NCBI RefSeq assembly: GCF_006345805.1
Contig: NC_043015.1
Coordinates: 16,926,001-16,990,000 of the forward strand
Length of the DNA stretch: 64,000 nt
Reading direction: 5' to 3'
DNA from: Octopus sinensis
Lineage: Eukaryota
Position numbers and translations under genes: made by a program. Positions within the stretch are counted from its first letter, which is position 1. Every line of letters starts with the position of its first letter. The notes beneath the pieces are model-generated. The model worked only from the letters and a program-made list of their open reading frames with translations, ran no database searches and was not told where the DNA came from. Shown here piece by piece: positions 63,041 through 64,000 of the stretch.

Positions 63041-63884
63041 AGATCTTTTCCTTTTGATTAATTTTTTTTTTAACTAAATACTTTCAAACTTCGGACACTG
63101 GTAGAATGTATCATATAGAACATCTTTTACTCTTAGCATTGTTGAGAAAAGTTTGTATTTTCGAAGTCATTTTGTGTTAAAGTTGTCGTTACTGCTGTTG
63201 TTTGTTAACTACTTTTGGCAGTGTATATTTCATTTGTCACTGTTATTTATGACATATTTCATTTCAGTTACACTTGTATGAATAAACGAGTGTATCTGAA
63301 GCACGTTTACTTCATGACACCATCACAATTGTTCGTGCATTTCTTCTGCTTTTAGGTTTTTTTTCCTGTTTTTCAGCTACTATTTTCGGAAAGACTCCCC
63401 CCATCATTTTCTCGCAAATTATTGTTTTTTCTTTTTCAATTTTTTTTTTTTTTCCAAAAAACCAGCTTTTCGGATACAGAGATTCTGGAAAATTGCCAAA
63501 AATTGGAATTTTGAAATTTTGGGTTTTCCCCCCTTATCCCTCCCTCTCCAATTTCTTCATTTTTCACTTTATTCCATAACCCTAAAACCCTAACCCTAAC
63601 CCCCCAAGCCTAACCCTAACACCAAAACCAGTACAAACGCACATACACCGCCAATAGTTGTTGTTGACAAACAACAGCAGTAAATTTGTTCAGCTGAATA
63701 CATGTCATTGATTAGTTGAAATTACCGAAATATGACAACTTTAACATGAAATAACTTCGTAAATAGAAACTTTTCTCAACAAAGCTAAGAGTGAAAGATG
63801 TTCTATATGACAGTATACAAAGTTTCAAAGTGTTTAGTTAAAGAAAATTTATTAATTGAGCTGCCCATGGAAAGGAAAAGATCT
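63041..63884. mobile_element. Non-autonomous TIR element with central (TAACCC)n-like repeats
   Basis: AGATCTTTTCCTTT termini with about 110 bp of imperfect TIR; TAACCC cluster at about 63578-63621. A related right end lies at about 16430-16610. Confidence 0.7.
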
Positions 63885-64000
63885 GATTTATGATTATTGG
63901 TATTCTTTTACTTCTTTAACTGCTCAATGCATCCAGTGCTGTATAAATGATTATACAATGTTTGATATATAACATTAATGTAAGTTATATAAAAAAAAAT

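Noticed and set aside
63578-63621. True telomere or chromosome end
   Set aside because: Short, degenerate and internal to a TIR element within a gene.
59392-64000. HDAC3 exon 13 (expected ...HAPSVQ...)
   Set aside because: No matching coding segment found by eye; it probably lies beyond the window.

Overview
AT-rich eukaryotic DNA, most likely from an octopus (coleoid cephalopod). This is inferred from (TA)n/(CA)n compound microsatellites and repeat families I recognise from memory, not from a database search. Two divergently transcribed host genes are supported. (1) HDAC3 on the + strand: 12 GT-AG coding exons from ATG 18025 to 59391, joining to 1062 nt / 354 codons with an intact catalytic core; the C-terminal exons were not found and probably lie beyond the window. 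(2) The first coding exon of a thimet-oligopeptidase/neurolysin-like M3 peptidase on the - strand (6912-7085), whose frame stays open upstream to 7418. The rest is decayed transposons (piggyBac, hAT, mariner, Helitron, Tx1/L1-, CR1- and RTE-like LINEs, Gypsy, Penelope), SINEs and microsatellites. Best leads: about eight minimal type I hammerhead-ribozyme motifs in HDAC3 intron 9, two carrying the compensatory U3:A8 core and embedded in long foldbacks; an LTR joined to 34 nt of mature tRNA-Trp with the apparent target duplication outside the tRNA; a 5'-inverted RTE LINE between ~95-bp direct repeats; and a genomic Ser at the conserved inositol-phosphate-pocket Gly of HDAC3 that one A-to-I edit would restore. 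All alignments and identities were judged by eye.
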